Virus record (IMG/VR): IMGVR_UViG_2585427971_000006
DNA length: 38,221 nucleotides
Strand: one strand, 5' to 3'
From: a virus
Taxonomy: Duplodnaviria; Heunggongvirae; Uroviricota; Caudoviricetes
Notes under the pieces: model-generated
The model's database searches: none
Told to the model about the DNA's origin: nothing
What the model saw: only the letters and a program-made list of their open reading frames with translations
Shown here: positions 22,359-32,816 of the stretch, piece after piece
How positions within the stretch are numbered: position 1 is the first letter of the stretch
Layout: each line of letters starts with the position of its first letter
Program-made: the position numbers and the translations under genes

Positions 22359-25300
22359 ATGAGTGTGGCGACATTACGTGAACTGATTATTAAAATCTCG
22401 GCAAATTCCCGGTCATTCCAGTCAGAGATCTCCCGGGCTTCGCGTATGGGGCAGGATTACTACCGTACCATGCAGAACGGAGGCCGGCAGTCCGCTGCTG
22501 CATCCCGTGAAATGCGGCGTGCACTGGCAGAAGTGACGGATCAGATAAATACAGCTAAATCTTCGGCACTGAATATGGCGGGGGCATTTGCCGGGGCTTT
22601 TGCTACCGGTCATCTTATTTCTTTCGCCGATGAGTGGAATTCAGTAAATGCCCGTCTGAAGCAGGCCTCACAGTCCAGTGATGATTTTCAGGCATCACAG
22701 CGTGAATTAATGGCGATCAGCCAGAGAACGGGGACGGCGTTTTCTGATAACGCCAGCCTTTTTGCCCGTTCTGCAGCTTCCATGCGGGAGTATGGTTACA
22801 GTTCTGAGGAGGTACTGAAAGTCACCGAGGCGATCTCCACGGGCCTGAAATTATCCGGTGCCAGTACAGCAGAAGCCAGTTCGGTGATCACGCAGTTCAG
22901 TCAGGCACTGGCGCAGGGAGTGCTGCGCGGTGAAGAGTTTAACTCGGTGAATGAGAACGGCGATCGTGTTATTCGTGCGCTGGCTGCGGGAGTGGGGGTT
23001 GCCCGTAAGGATCTGAAGGCCATGGCGGATAACGGAAAGTTGACCGCCGATAAGGTTGTTCCTGCACTGATTAGTCAGCTTGGGGCATTACGTGATGAAT
23101 ATGCGGCAATGCCTGATACGGTTTCATCCTCTGCAACCAAAGTTGAAAACGCCTTTATGGCCTGGGTTGGTGGTGCGAACGAGGCAAGCGGAGTGACGAA
23201 GACGCTCTCCGGTGTGCTGAATGGTATTGCAGGCAATATTGACACTGTGGCAACCGCTGCCGGTGCTCTGGTTGCCGTCGGGGTAGCCCGATATTTTGGC
23301 AATATGGCGTCTTCTGCTGGATCTGCAACTGCCGGATTAATTACTGCAGCCAGAAACGAAGTGGCTCTTGCGGAAGCGCAGCTCCGGGGGACACAGATAG
23401 CAACAGCCAGGGCGCGTGCGGCGGTTTATCGTGCGCAACAGGCGGTTGTTGCTGCTCGCGGTACCGAAAGGCAGGCAGCCGCAGAAGCGAAACTGGCTGC
23501 TGCCCAGGCATCACTTACCCGTAATATTGCGGCCAGAACAGCAGCACAGACAACGCTGAATACTGTCACGTCAGTGGGAAGTCGTCTGTTAAGTGGAGCA
23601 CTGGGACTGGTTGGTGGGGTGCCGGGGCTTGTCATGCTGGGGGCCGCGGCCTGGTACACGATGTATCAGAATCAGGAGCAGGCCAGAGAATCTGCACGCC
23701 AGTATGCCGCAAAAATCGACGAAATTCGCCAGAAAACGTCGGCAATGTCGCTTCCTGAAGCGTCAGATAATGAGGAAAAGACGCGGCAGGCACTTGATGA
23801 GCAAAACAGGTTAATTGACGAGCAGAAAAGTAAGATTAAATCCTTACAGGAAAAAATTGCTGGCTATCAGTATGTGCTGGCAAACCCGGGCTGGACAACC
23901 GATAACGGTTTTATGATTAACCACATGACGTCGGTAAAAACAGTCACAGAAGGGCTTGCAGAAGCAACAAATCAACTGGCAGTTGAACAGTCCCGTCTCA
24001 CACAAATGCAGGGCAAAGCGCAATCCATTCAGGATGTGCTTGCCGGGCTGGAGGAGCGGCGGGTTGCGTTGATCCGTCAACAGGCGGCGGAACAAAACAA
24101 AGCGTATCAGTCCCTGTTGATCATGAATGGGCAGCATACCGAGTTTAATCGCCTTCTTGGGCTTGGTAATGAATTACTTCAGCAGCGACAGGGGCTGGTG
24201 AATGTACCGTTACGGCTACCACAGGCAACCCTGGATGATAAACAGCAGACCGCACTGAATAACAGCAAGCGCGAACTGGCTCTGTCCCGCCTTAAGGGGG
24301 AAGCGCGTGAGCGTGCCCGACTGGGCTATGCTGCGGATGATCTCGGCTTTGTGGGAGAGGCGTATCAGACAGCCAGACAGAATTATATCAATAACTCACT
24401 GGATGCCTGGCGAAATAACCAGGCAAATAAACCCAAAGCGCATAAAAAGACCGAAGCGGAAAAAACAGAAGATATTTATAAACGGCTGATTAAACAGCAA
24501 AAAGAACAGATAGCACTGGCAGGGCAGAATACTGAACTGGCTAAGATGAAATATCAGGTCAGTCAGGGCGAATTATCAACCCTGTCAGAAGCGCAGAAAA
24601 AAACGCTTTTGCAGAATGCAGCACTCATCGACCAGAAAAAGATTCGTGAGCAGCTTGCTGCGTATGAAAGCAGCCTGGCGGACAGTAATGCCAGTACCCG
24701 GGCGTCTAACGACGCGCAGTTACTGGGATATGGTGAAGGCTCACGGATGCGTGAACGACTCCAGGAAATGTGGAGTATCCGGCATGAGTTTGAGCAGAAA
24801 AATAACGAGCTGCTGAGACAGTATCAGGCCGGAGAAATTGAAGAAGCCCTGTGGAAACAGGAGAAAGAACTGAATAAAAAATATCTGGAAGAGCGTCTCA
24901 GCGATCAGCAGGATTATTATGCAAAGGCCGATGCTTTACGTAATAACTGGAATGCAGGACTCCAGGAGGGGCTGACCAACTGGGCAGACAGTGCCACCGA
25001 TTATGCTTCGCAGGCGGCAGATGCTGTCGTTTCCACTATGGACGGGCTGGTATCAAATATTTCCGATGCGCTGGCCGGAAATGTTGTGGACTGGAGAAAC
25101 TGGGGGAGTTCAATTCTCCAGGAAGTTTCAAAAATTCTGATGAATGCGGCCATTGTTAACGGACTGAAGTCACTCTCCGGTGCCGGAGGGTGGCTTGGTA
25201 CGGTCGGCGGATGGATTTCGGGGGCGGTGGCAAACGCAAAAGGTGGTGTTTACACATCGGCAAATCTGAGTGCTTACAGTAACACTATTGTGGATACACC

Positions 25301-25592
25301 GACGTATTTTGCTTTTGCGAAAGGTGCCGGGCTGATGGGCGAGGCCGGGCCTGAAGCTATCATGCCACTGACACGGGCAGCGGACGGCTCTCTTGGGGTC
25401 AGAGCCATTGGCAATGTGAATAGTGGCGGGGGGGTTGTTTATTCTCCCGTGTATCACATCAGCATTCAGAATCAAGGGAGCAATGGCGAGATAGATGCGC
25501 GCTCAGCCAGGGGACTGGTGGATCTGATCGACAGCAGGGTTGTGTCAATTATGCAGTCATCGCGTCGGGATGGAGGATTGTACAGTGCCTGA
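22359..25592 (+). CDS. tail tape measure protein (1077 aa)
   Basis: Very long, Ala/Gln-rich, coiled-coil-like; follows G/GT; GGAG RBS. Confidence 0.9.
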   Translation: MSVATLRELIIKISANSRSFQSEISRASRMGQDYYRTMQNGGRQSAAASREMRRALAEVTDQINTAKSSALNMAGAFAGAFATGHLISFADEWNSVNARLKQASQSSDDFQASQRELMAISQRTGTAFSDNASLFARSAASMREYGYSSEEVLKVTEAISTGLKLSGASTAEASSVITQFSQALAQGVLRGEEFNSVNENGDRVIRALAAGVGVARKDLKAMADNGKLTADKVVPALISQLGALRDEYAAMPDTVSSSATKVENAFMAWVGGANEASGVTKTLSGVLNGIAGNIDTVATAAGALVAVGVARYFGNMASSAGSATAGLITAARNEVALAEAQLRGTQIATARARAAVYRAQQAVVAARGTERQAAAEAKLAAAQASLTRNIAARTAAQTTLNTVTSVGSRLLSGALGLVGGVPGLVMLGAAAWYTMYQNQEQARESARQYAAKIDEIRQKTSAMSLPEASDNEEKTRQALDEQNRLIDEQKSKIKSLQEKIAGYQYVLANPGWTTDNGFMINHMTSVKTVTEGLAEATNQLAVEQSRLTQMQGKAQSIQDVLAGLEERRVALIRQQAAEQNKAYQSLLIMNGQHTEFNRLLGLGNELLQQRQGLVNVPLRLPQATLDDKQQTALNNSKRELALSRLKGEARERARLGYAADDLGFVGEAYQTARQNYINNSLDAWRNNQANKPKAHKKTEAEKTEDIYKRLIKQQKEQIALAGQNTELAKMKYQVSQGELSTLSEAQKKTLLQNAALIDQKKIREQLAAYESSLADSNASTRASNDAQLLGYGEGSRMRERLQEMWSIRHEFEQKNNELLRQYQAGEIEEALWKQEKELNKKYLEERLSDQQDYYAKADALRNNWNAGLQEGLTNWADSATDYASQAADAVVSTMDGLVSNISDALAGNVVDWRNWGSSILQEVSKILMNAAIVNGLKSLSGAGGWLGTVGGWISGAVANAKGGVYTSANLSAYSNTIVDTPTYFAFAKGAGLMGEAGPEAIMPLTRAADGSLGVRAIGNVNSGGGVVYSPVYHISIQNQGSNGEIDARSARGLVDLIDSRVVSIMQSSRRDGGLYSA

Positions 25593-25926
25593 GCCTGAAG
25601 TTTTTAACTGGATCCCCCGTGAGGGGATGGAGACGACACGAAAGCCATCAGTTATTACGGTAAAGTTTGGTGACGGATATGAACAGAGACGGGCTGGTGG
25701 TCTGAATGCGGATCTGAAAACGTTTAAACCGGTATTTCGTGTCACAGATGAATATTCCCGTGCCGCGCTGGACAGTTTTTTATCCCGTCATGCCGGGATT
25801 CGTGCTTTTTTGTGGCGTCCGCCAAAACACAACAGGACTGTCCGGGTTGTCTGCAGGGAGTGGAGCATTTCGGATAATGCCATGTATACCGATTTTAACT
25901 GTACCTTTGAAGAGGTCACTCACTGA
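25570..25926 (+). CDS. M: minor tail protein M (start 25570 ATG or 25585 GTG)
   Basis: KFGDGYEQRRAGGLNADLKTFKPVF and FLWRPP motifs resemble lambda gpM from memory; track ORF starts at 25540 inside the tape-measure gene. Confidence 0.75.
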   Translation: MEDCTVPEPEVFNWIPREGMETTRKPSVITVKFGDGYEQRRAGGLNADLKTFKPVFRVTDEYSRAALDSFLSRHAGIRAFLWRPPKHNRTVRVVCREWSISDNAMYTDFNCTFEEVTH

Positions 25927-26624
25927 TGCAGGATATACAGCAGGAAACACTCAATGAGTGCACTAAAACGGAGCAATCCGCGCTGATCGTGCTCTGGGAA
26001 ATTGATCTGACAGAGGTCGGCGGAGATCGTTATTTCTTCTGTAATGAGCAGAACGAAAAAGGTGAACCGGTCACCTGGCAGGGGCGGCAGTATCAGGCAT
26101 ACCCCATTCAGGGGACGGGATTTGAACTGAACGGTAAGGGCAGTGCTGCCCGTCCGACACTGACGGTCTCTAACCTGCACGGCATGGTCACCGGGATGGC
26201 GGAAGACCTGCAGAGTCTGGTCGGCGGAACGGTGGTCAGGCGTAAGGTTTACGCCCGTTTTCTGGATGCGGTGAACTTCGTCAACGGAAACAGTGACGCC
26301 GACCCGGAGCAGGAGGTGATCAGCCGCTGGCGCATCGAGCAGTGCAGCGAACTGAGTGCGGTCAGTGCTTCTTTTGTACTGTCCACGCCGACGGAAACGG
26401 ATGGTGCGGTTTTTCCGGGGCGCATCATGCTGGCCAACACCTGTACCTGGACCTATCGCGGTGATGAGTGCGGTTATAGCGGTCCGGCTGTCGCGGATGA
26501 ATATGACCAGCCGACGTCCGATATCACGAAAGATAAATGCAGCAAATGCCTGAGTGGCTGTAAGTTTCGCAATAACGTCGGCAACTTTGGCGGCTACCTT
26601 TCCATCAACAAACTTTCGCAGTAA
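25926..26624 (+). CDS. L: minor tail protein L (232 aa)
   Basis: Lambda gpL-like sequence and C-terminal Cys cluster; ATGA overlap with M. Confidence 0.85.
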   Translation: MQDIQQETLNECTKTEQSALIVLWEIDLTEVGGDRYFFCNEQNEKGEPVTWQGRQYQAYPIQGTGFELNGKGSAARPTLTVSNLHGMVTGMAEDLQSLVGGTVVRRKVYARFLDAVNFVNGNSDADPEQEVISRWRIEQCSELSAVSASFVLSTPTETDGAVFPGRIMLANTCTWTYRGDECGYSGPAVADEYDQPTSDITKDKCSKCLSGCKFRNNVGNFGGYLSINKLSQ

Positions 26625-26629
26625 ATCCC

Positions 26630-27373
26630 ATGACAGAGACAGAATCAGCGATTCTGGCGCACGCCCGGCGATGTGCGCCAGCGGAGTCGTGCGGCTTCGT
26701 GGTGAGAACGCCGGAGGGGGAAAGATATTTCCCCTGCGTGAATATCTCCGGTGAGCCGGAAGATTATTTCCGGATGTCGCCGGAGGACTGGCTGCAGGCC
26801 AAAATGCAGGGTGAGATTGTGGCGCTGGTCCACAGTCACCCCGGTGGTCTGCCCTGGCTGAGTGAGGCTGACAGGCGGCTGCAGGTGCAGAGTGATTTGC
26901 CGTGGTGGCTGGTCTGCCGGGGGGCGATTCATAAGTTCCGCTGTGTGCCGCATCTTACCGGGCGGCGCTTTGAGCACGGGGTGACGGACTGTTACACGCT
27001 GTTCCGGGATGCTTATCATCTGGCGGGGATTGAGATGCCGGATTTTCATCGTGAGGATGACTGGTGGCGTCACGGTCAGAATCTCTATCTGGATAATCTG
27101 GAGGCCACAGGGCTGTATCAGGTGCCGTTGTCATCAGCACAACCGGGCGATGTGCTGCTGTGCTGCTTTGGTTCATCGGTGCCGAATCATGCCGCCATTT
27201 ACTGCGGCGACGGCGAGCTGCTGCACCATATTCCTGAACAACTGAGCAAACGAGAGAGGTATACCGACAAATGGCAGCGACGCACACACTCCCTCTGGCG
27301 TCACCGGGCATGGCACGCATCTGCCTTTACGGGGATTTGCAACGATTTGGCCACCGCATCGACCTTCGTGTGA
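26630..27373 (+). CDS. K: tail assembly protein K (JAB/MPN-like plus NlpC/P60-like regions, 247 aa)
   Basis: HSHPGG motif and Cys/His region; lambda gpK-like from memory; 3' end overlaps the I gene by about 100 nt. Confidence 0.85.
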   Translation: MTETESAILAHARRCAPAESCGFVVRTPEGERYFPCVNISGEPEDYFRMSPEDWLQAKMQGEIVALVHSHPGGLPWLSEADRRLQVQSDLPWWLVCRGAIHKFRCVPHLTGRRFEHGVTDCYTLFRDAYHLAGIEMPDFHREDDWWRHGQNLYLDNLEATGLYQVPLSSAQPGDVLLCCFGSSVPNHAAIYCGDGELLHHIPEQLSKRERYTDKWQRRTHSLWRHRAWHASAFTGICNDLATASTFV

Positions 27374-27918
27374 AAACGGGAGCCGAAGCTATCCGGGCGC
27401 TGGCCACGCAGCTCCCGGCGTTTCGTCAGAAACTGAATGAGGGCTGGTATCAGGTGCGCATTGCCGGGCGTGATGCAGGCGAAAACGAATTATCTGCCCG
27501 TCTTAATGAGCCGCTGGCAAATGGTGCCGTGATCCACATCGTGCCGCGTCTGGCGGGAGCTAAAAGTGGCGGTGTGTTTCAGGTGGTGCTGGGGGCGGCG
27601 CTGATTGCGGTGGCATGGTGGAACCCTGTGGGCTGGCTGGGTGCCGCGGCTGTATCGGGCATGTATGCGGCAGGGGCCAGTATGATCCTGGGTGGTGTGG
27701 CCCAGATGCTGGCACCGAAAGCCCGGACGCCCACAGCGACCAGCACGGATAACGGTAAGCAGAACACCTATTTCTCATCACTGGATAACATGGTTGCCCA
27801 GGGCAATGTTCTGCCTGTTCTGTACGGTGAAATGCGCGTGGGGTCTCGTGTGGTTTCTCAGGAGATCAGCACGGCAGATGAAGGGGACGGTGGTCAGGTT
27901 GTGGTGATTGGCCGCTGA
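27271..27918 (+). CDS. I: tail assembly protein I (215 aa)
   Basis: MAATHTLPLASPGMARICLYGDLQRFG... and the C-terminus match lambda gpI from memory. Confidence 0.85.
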   Translation: MAATHTLPLASPGMARICLYGDLQRFGHRIDLRVKTGAEAIRALATQLPAFRQKLNEGWYQVRIAGRDAGENELSARLNEPLANGAVIHIVPRLAGAKSGGVFQVVLGAALIAVAWWNPVGWLGAAAVSGMYAAGASMILGGVAQMLAPKARTPTATSTDNGKQNTYFSSLDNMVAQGNVLPVLYGEMRVGSRVVSQEISTADEGDGGQVVVIGR

Positions 27919-27978
27919 TGCAAAATATTTCATGTGAAACCGCCTCCGGGCGGTTTTGTCGTTTATGGAGCATGACGA

Positions 27979-30900
27979 ATGGGCAAAGGAAGCAGTAAGG
28001 GGCATACCCCGCGCGAAGCGAAGGACAACCTGAAATCCACGCAATTACTGAGTGTGATCGATGCCATCAGCGAAGGGCCGATTGAAGGTCCGGTGGATGG
28101 ATTAAAAAGCGTGCTGCTGAACAGTACACCGGTGCTGGACAGTGAGGGGAATACCAACATCTCCGGTGTTACGGTGGTGTTCCGGGCAGGTGAGCAGGAG
28201 CAGACACCGCCGGAGGGATTTGAATCCTCCGGTTCCGAGACGGTGCTGGGTACGGAAGTGAAATACGACACGCCGATCACCCGCACCATCACGTCGGCAA
28301 ACATCGACCGTCTGCGCTTTACCTTCGGTGTGCAGGCACTGGTGGAAACCACCTCAAAGGGGGACAGGAATCCATCGGAAGTCCGCCTGCTGGTTCAGAT
28401 ACAACGTAACGGTGGCTGGGTGACGGAAAAAGACATCACCATTAAGGGTAAAACCACCTCACAGTATCTGGCCTCAGTGGTGGTGGATAACCTGCCGCCG
28501 CGCCCGTTTAATATCCGGATGCGCAGGATGACGCCGGACAGCACCACAGACCAGCTGCAGAACAAAACGCTCTGGTCGTCATACACCGAAATCATCGATG
28601 TGAAACAGTGCTACCCGAACACGGCACTGGTCGGCGTACAGGTGGACTCGGAGCAGTTCGGCAGCCAGCAGGTGAGTCGTAATTATCATCTTCGCGGGCG
28701 CATTCTGCAGGTGCCGTCGAACTATAACCCGCAGACGCGGCAATACAGCGGTATCTGGGACGGAACGTTTAAGCCGGCATACAGCAACAACATGGCCTGG
28801 TGTCTGTGGGATATGCTGACCCATCCGCGCTACGGCATGGGAAAACGTCTTGGTGCGGCAGATGTGGATAAATGGGCGCTGTATGTCATCGGCCAGTACT
28901 GCGACCAGTCGGTGCCGGACGGCTTTGGCGGCACGGAGCCGCGCATCACCTGTAATGCGTACCTGACCACACAGCGTAAGGCGTGGGATGTGCTCAGTGA
29001 TTTCTGCTCGGCGATGCGCTGTATGCCGGTATGGAACGGGCAGACGCTGACGTTCGTGCAGGACCGGCCGTCGGATAATGTGTGGACCTATAACCGCAGT
29101 AATGTGGTGATGCCGGATGATGGCGCGCCGTTCCGCTACAGTTTCAGCGCCCTGAAGGACCGCCATAATGCCGTTGAGGTGAACTGGACTGACCCGGATA
29201 ACGGCTGGGAAACGGCAACAGAGCTTGTGGAGGACACGCAGGCCATTGCCCGTTATGGTCGTAATGTCACGAAGATGGATGCCTTTGGCTGTACCAGCCG
29301 GGGGCAGGCACACCGCGCCGGGCTGTGGCTGATTAAAACGGAGCTGCTGGAAACGCAGACCGTGGACTTCAGCGTGGGCGCAGAAGGGCTTCGCCATGTA
29401 CCGGGCGATGTTATTGAAATCTGCGATGATGACTATGCCGGTATCAGCACCGGTGGTCGTGTGCTGGCGGTGAGCAGCCAGACCCGGACGCTGACGCTCG
29501 ACCGTGAAATCACGCTGCCATCCTCCGGCACCACGCTGATAAGCCTGGTTGACGGAAGTGGCAATCCGGTCAGCGTGCAGGTCCAGTCCGTCACCGACGG
29601 CGTGAAGGTGAAAGTGAGCCGGGTTCCTGACGGCGTTGCAGAATACAGCGTGTGGGGGCTGAAGTTGCCGACGTTGCGCCAGCGCCTGTTCCGCTGTGTG
29701 AGTATCCGTGAGAACGACGACGGCACGTATGCCATCACCGCCGTGCAGCATGTACCGGAAAAAGAAGCCATCGTGGATAACGGGGCGCACTTTGACGGCG
29801 ACCAGAGCGGCACGGTGAATGGTGTCACGCCGCCAGCGGTGCAGCACCTGGCCGCAGAAGTCACTGCAGACAGCGGGGAATATCAGGTGCTGGCGCGATG
29901 GGACACACCGAAGGTGGTGAAGGGCGTGAGCTTCCTGCTCCGTCTGACCGTAACAGCGGACGACGGCAGTGAGCGGCTGGTCAGCACGGCCCGGACGACG
30001 GAAACCACATACCGCTTCAGGCAACTGGCGCTGGGGCGTTACACGCTGACGGTCCGGGCGGTAAATGCGTGGGGGCAGCAGGGCGATCCGGCATCGGTAT
30101 CGTTCCGGATTGCGGCACCGGCAGCGCCTGTCACTATTGAACTGATACCAGGGTATTTTCAGATAACAGCGGTCCCGAAACTGGCTGTATATGACCCGAC
30201 GGTGCAGTTTGAGTTCTGGTTCTCGGAAAAGCGGATTATCGATATCAGGCAGGTTGAAACCAGCGCGCGTTATCTTGGTACGGCGCTGTACTGGATAGCC
30301 GCCAGTAGCAATATTAAGCCGGGTTATGATTATTACTTTTATATCCGCAGCGTGAACACCGTTGGTAAATCGGCATTTGTGGAGGCCGTTGGTCGGGCGA
30401 GCGATGATGCGGAAGGTTATCTGAATTTTTATAAAGGGTTGATCAATAAAACGCATCTCGGCAAGGAACTGCTGGAAAACTTTGAGCTGACGGAAGATAA
30501 CGCCAGCAAACTGGAGGAGTTTTCGAAAGAGTGGAAGGACGCCAACGATAAATGGAATGCCATGTGGGGCGTCAAAATTGAGCAGACCAAAGACGGCAAA
30601 CATTATGTCGCGGGGCTTGGCCTCAGCATGGAGGATACGGAGGAAGGCAAACTGAGCCAGTTCCTGGTTGCCGCTAACCGTATCGCGTTTATTGACCCGG
30701 CAAACGGGAATGAAACGCCGATGTTTGTGGCGCAGGGCAACCAGATATTCATGAACGACGTGTTCCTGAAGCGCCTGACGGCCCCCACCATTACCAGCGG
30801 CGGTAATCCTCCGGCATTTTCCCTGACACCGGACGGGCGGCTGACGGCGAAAAATGCCGATATCAGCGGTAACGTGAATGCGAACTCCGGGACGCTCAAC

Positions 30901-31374
30901 AACGTCACGATTAACGAGAACTGCCGGGTTCTGGGAAAACTGTCCGCGAACCAGATTGAAGGCGATCTCGTTAAAACAGTGGGCAAAGCTTTCCCCCGTG
31001 ACTCCCGGGCACCGGAGCGGTGGCCATCAGGGACCATTACCGTCAGGGTTTATGACGATCAGCCGTTTGACCGGCAAATTGTTATTCCGGCTGTGGCATT
31101 CAGTGGCGCTAAGCATGAGAGAGAGCATACTGATATTTACTCCTCATGCCGTCTGATAGTGCGGAAAAACGGTGCTGAAATTTATAACCGTACCGCGCTG
31201 GATAATACGCTGATTTACAGTGGCGTTATTGATATGCCTGCCGGTCACGGTCACATGACGCTGGAGTTTTCGGTGTCAGCATGGCTGGTAAATGGCTGGT
31301 ATCCCACAGCAAGTATCAGCGATTTGCTGGTTGTTGTGATGAAGAAAGCCACTGCAGGCATCACGATTAGCTGA
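27979..31374 (+). CDS. J: central tail fibre / host specificity protein J (1131 aa)
   Basis: N-terminus [54 protein letters not shown] and most of the body match lambda J from memory; the last ~150 aa diverge. Confidence 0.9.
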   Translation: MGKGSSKGHTPREAKDNLKSTQLLSVIDAISEGPIEGPVDGLKSVLLNSTPVLDSEGNTNISGVTVVFRAGEQEQTPPEGFESSGSETVLGTEVKYDTPITRTITSANIDRLRFTFGVQALVETTSKGDRNPSEVRLLVQIQRNGGWVTEKDITIKGKTTSQYLASVVVDNLPPRPFNIRMRRMTPDSTTDQLQNKTLWSSYTEIIDVKQCYPNTALVGVQVDSEQFGSQQVSRNYHLRGRILQVPSNYNPQTRQYSGIWDGTFKPAYSNNMAWCLWDMLTHPRYGMGKRLGAADVDKWALYVIGQYCDQSVPDGFGGTEPRITCNAYLTTQRKAWDVLSDFCSAMRCMPVWNGQTLTFVQDRPSDNVWTYNRSNVVMPDDGAPFRYSFSALKDRHNAVEVNWTDPDNGWETATELVEDTQAIARYGRNVTKMDAFGCTSRGQAHRAGLWLIKTELLETQTVDFSVGAEGLRHVPGDVIEICDDDYAGISTGGRVLAVSSQTRTLTLDREITLPSSGTTLISLVDGSGNPVSVQVQSVTDGVKVKVSRVPDGVAEYSVWGLKLPTLRQRLFRCVSIRENDDGTYAITAVQHVPEKEAIVDNGAHFDGDQSGTVNGVTPPAVQHLAAEVTADSGEYQVLARWDTPKVVKGVSFLLRLTVTADDGSERLVSTARTTETTYRFRQLALGRYTLTVRAVNAWGQQGDPASVSFRIAAPAAPVTIELIPGYFQITAVPKLAVYDPTVQFEFWFSEKRIIDIRQVETSARYLGTALYWIAASSNIKPGYDYYFYIRSVNTVGKSAFVEAVGRASDDAEGYLNFYKGLINKTHLGKELLENFELTEDNASKLEEFSKEWKDANDKWNAMWGVKIEQTKDGKHYVAGLGLSMEDTEEGKLSQFLVAANRIAFIDPANGNETPMFVAQGNQIFMNDVFLKRLTAPTITSGGNPPAFSLTPDGRLTAKNADISGNVNANSGTLNNVTINENCRVLGKLSANQIEGDLVKTVGKAFPRDSRAPERWPSGTITVRVYDDQPFDRQIVIPAVAFSGAKHEREHTDIYSSCRLIVRKNGAEIYNRTALDNTLIYSGVIDMPAGHGHMTLEFSVSAWLVNGWYPTASISDLLVVVMKKATAGITIS

Positions 31375-31441
31375 ATTTTATAACCCAGATACGGGCACCA
31401 GAAATGGTGCCTTTTTTATTGCAGAAAAGCGAGAGGTAATT

Positions 31442-32041
31442 ATGCGTAAATTATGTGCTGTTATTCTATCCGCAGTAGTCTGGCTGGTTGCCGCTGGTAC
31501 GCCAGCGAGCGCAGCAGAGCATCAGTCCACACTAAGCGCCGGGTATCTTCAGACCCATACTGATATGCCAGGCAGTGATGACCTGAAGGGCATTAACGTG
31601 AAATACCGTTATGAATTTACGGACACGCTGGGGCTGGTGACGTCATTCAGTTATGCCAATGCCAAAGATGAGCAAAAAACGCATTACAGCGATACCCGCT
31701 GGCATGAAGATTCAGTGCGTAACCGCTGGTTCAGCATGATGGCGGGGCCATCTGTACGCGTGAATGAATGGTTCAGTGCTTATGCGATGGCAGGTGTGGC
31801 TTACAGCCGTGTTTCGACGTTCTCCGGGGATTATCTCCGCGTAACTGACAACAAGGGGAAAACGCACGATGTGCTGACCGGAAGTGATGACGATCGCCAC
31901 AGCAACACGTCTCTGGCGTGGGGAGCTGGCGTGCAGTTTAACCCGACCGAATCCGTGGCCATTGATATTGCTTATGAAGGCTCCGGCAGTGGCGACTGGC
32001 GCACTGACGGTTTCATCGTGGGTGTCGGTTATAAGTTCTGA
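31442..32041 (+). CDS. lom: Lom outer-membrane protein (Ail/Lom family, 199 aa)
   Basis: Signal peptide, beta-barrel-like alternation, C-terminal GVGYKF; position after J as in lambda. Confidence 0.85.
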   Translation: MRKLCAVILSAVVWLVAAGTPASAAEHQSTLSAGYLQTHTDMPGSDDLKGINVKYRYEFTDTLGLVTSFSYANAKDEQKTHYSDTRWHEDSVRNRWFSMMAGPSVRVNEWFSAYAMAGVAYSRVSTFSGDYLRVTDNKGKTHDVLTGSDDDRHSNTSLAWGAGVQFNPTESVAIDIAYEGSGSGDWRTDGFIVGVGYKF

Positions 32042-32068
32042 TTAGCCAGGTAACACAGTGTTATGACA

Positions 32069-32094
32069 GCCCGCCGGTTCAGGCGGGCTTTTTT
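32069..32094 (+). terminator. intrinsic terminator after lom
   Basis: GCCCGCC GGTTCA GGCGGGC hairpin followed by TTTTTTGT. Confidence 0.65.
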
Positions 32095-32097
32095 GTG

Positions 32098-32800
32098 CAC
32101 AGAAAACCCCCAGCTAGGCTGGGGGTTCCGGAAAGCTTTCAGCTTTAAGCCAGTTATTAAAACCCCTTTTGATTTGTTAAAACACCTTGCGGTCTGGCAA
32201 CTGCAAGTGTCAAACAAGAAATCAAAAGGGGGTCCCAATGGGGAACGAAAAGAGCTTAGCGCACACCCGATGGAACTGTAAATATCACATAGTTTTTGCG
32301 CCAAAATACCGAAGACAGGTGTTCTACAGAGAGAAGCGTAGAGCAATAGGCAGTATTTTGAGAAAGCTGTGTGAGTGGAAAAGTGTACGGATTCTGGAAG
32401 CTGAATGCTGTGCAGATCATATCCATATGCTTGTGGAGATCCCGCCCAAAATGAGCGTATCCGGCTTTATGGGATATCTGAAAGGGAAAAGCAGTCTGAT
32501 GCTTTACGAGCAGTTTGGTGATTTGAAATTCAAATACAGGAACAGGGAGTTCTGGTGCAGAGGGTACTACGTCGATACGGTGGGTAAGAACACGGCGAAG
32601 ATACAGGATTACATAAAGCACCAGCTTGAAGAGGATAAAATGGGAGAGCAGTTATCGATTCCCTATCCGGGCAGCCCGTTTACGGGCCGTAAGTAACGAA
32701 GTTGGATGCAAATGTCAGATCGTGTGCGCCTGTTAGGGCGCGGCTGGTAAGAGAGCCTTATAGGCGCATTTGAAAAACCTCCGGCTATGCCGGAGGATAT
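32098..32800 (+). mobile_element. IS200/IS605-family insertion sequence (boundaries approximate)
   Basis: Single Y1 transposase gene flanked by perfect subterminal hairpins CCCCCAGCTAGGCTGGGGG (32107-32125) and CCTCCGGCTATGCCGGAGG (32777-32795); about 700 bp; inserted between the lom terminator and the stf start. Confidence 0.6.
32238..32696 (+). CDS. tnpA: IS200-family transposase TnpA (Y1/HuH, 152 aa)
   Basis: MGNEKSLAHTRWNCKYHIVFAPKYRRQVFY...ADHIHMLVEIPPK (HuH motif) and the catalytic Tyr region RGYYVDTVG; track ORF starts upstream at 32187. Confidence 0.85.
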   Translation: MGNEKSLAHTRWNCKYHIVFAPKYRRQVFYREKRRAIGSILRKLCEWKSVRILEAECCADHIHMLVEIPPKMSVSGFMGYLKGKSSLMLYEQFGDLKFKYRNREFWCRGYYVDTVGKNTAKIQDYIKHQLEEDKMGEQLSIPYPGSPFTGRK

Positions 32801-32816
32801 TTATTGTGGAGTGGAT

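Noticed and set aside
28579-30603. 674-aa minus-strand ORF
   Set aside because: Lies entirely antisense within the J gene, which is strongly supported; Arg/Pro-rich composition typical of spurious antisense frames in GC-rich coding DNA
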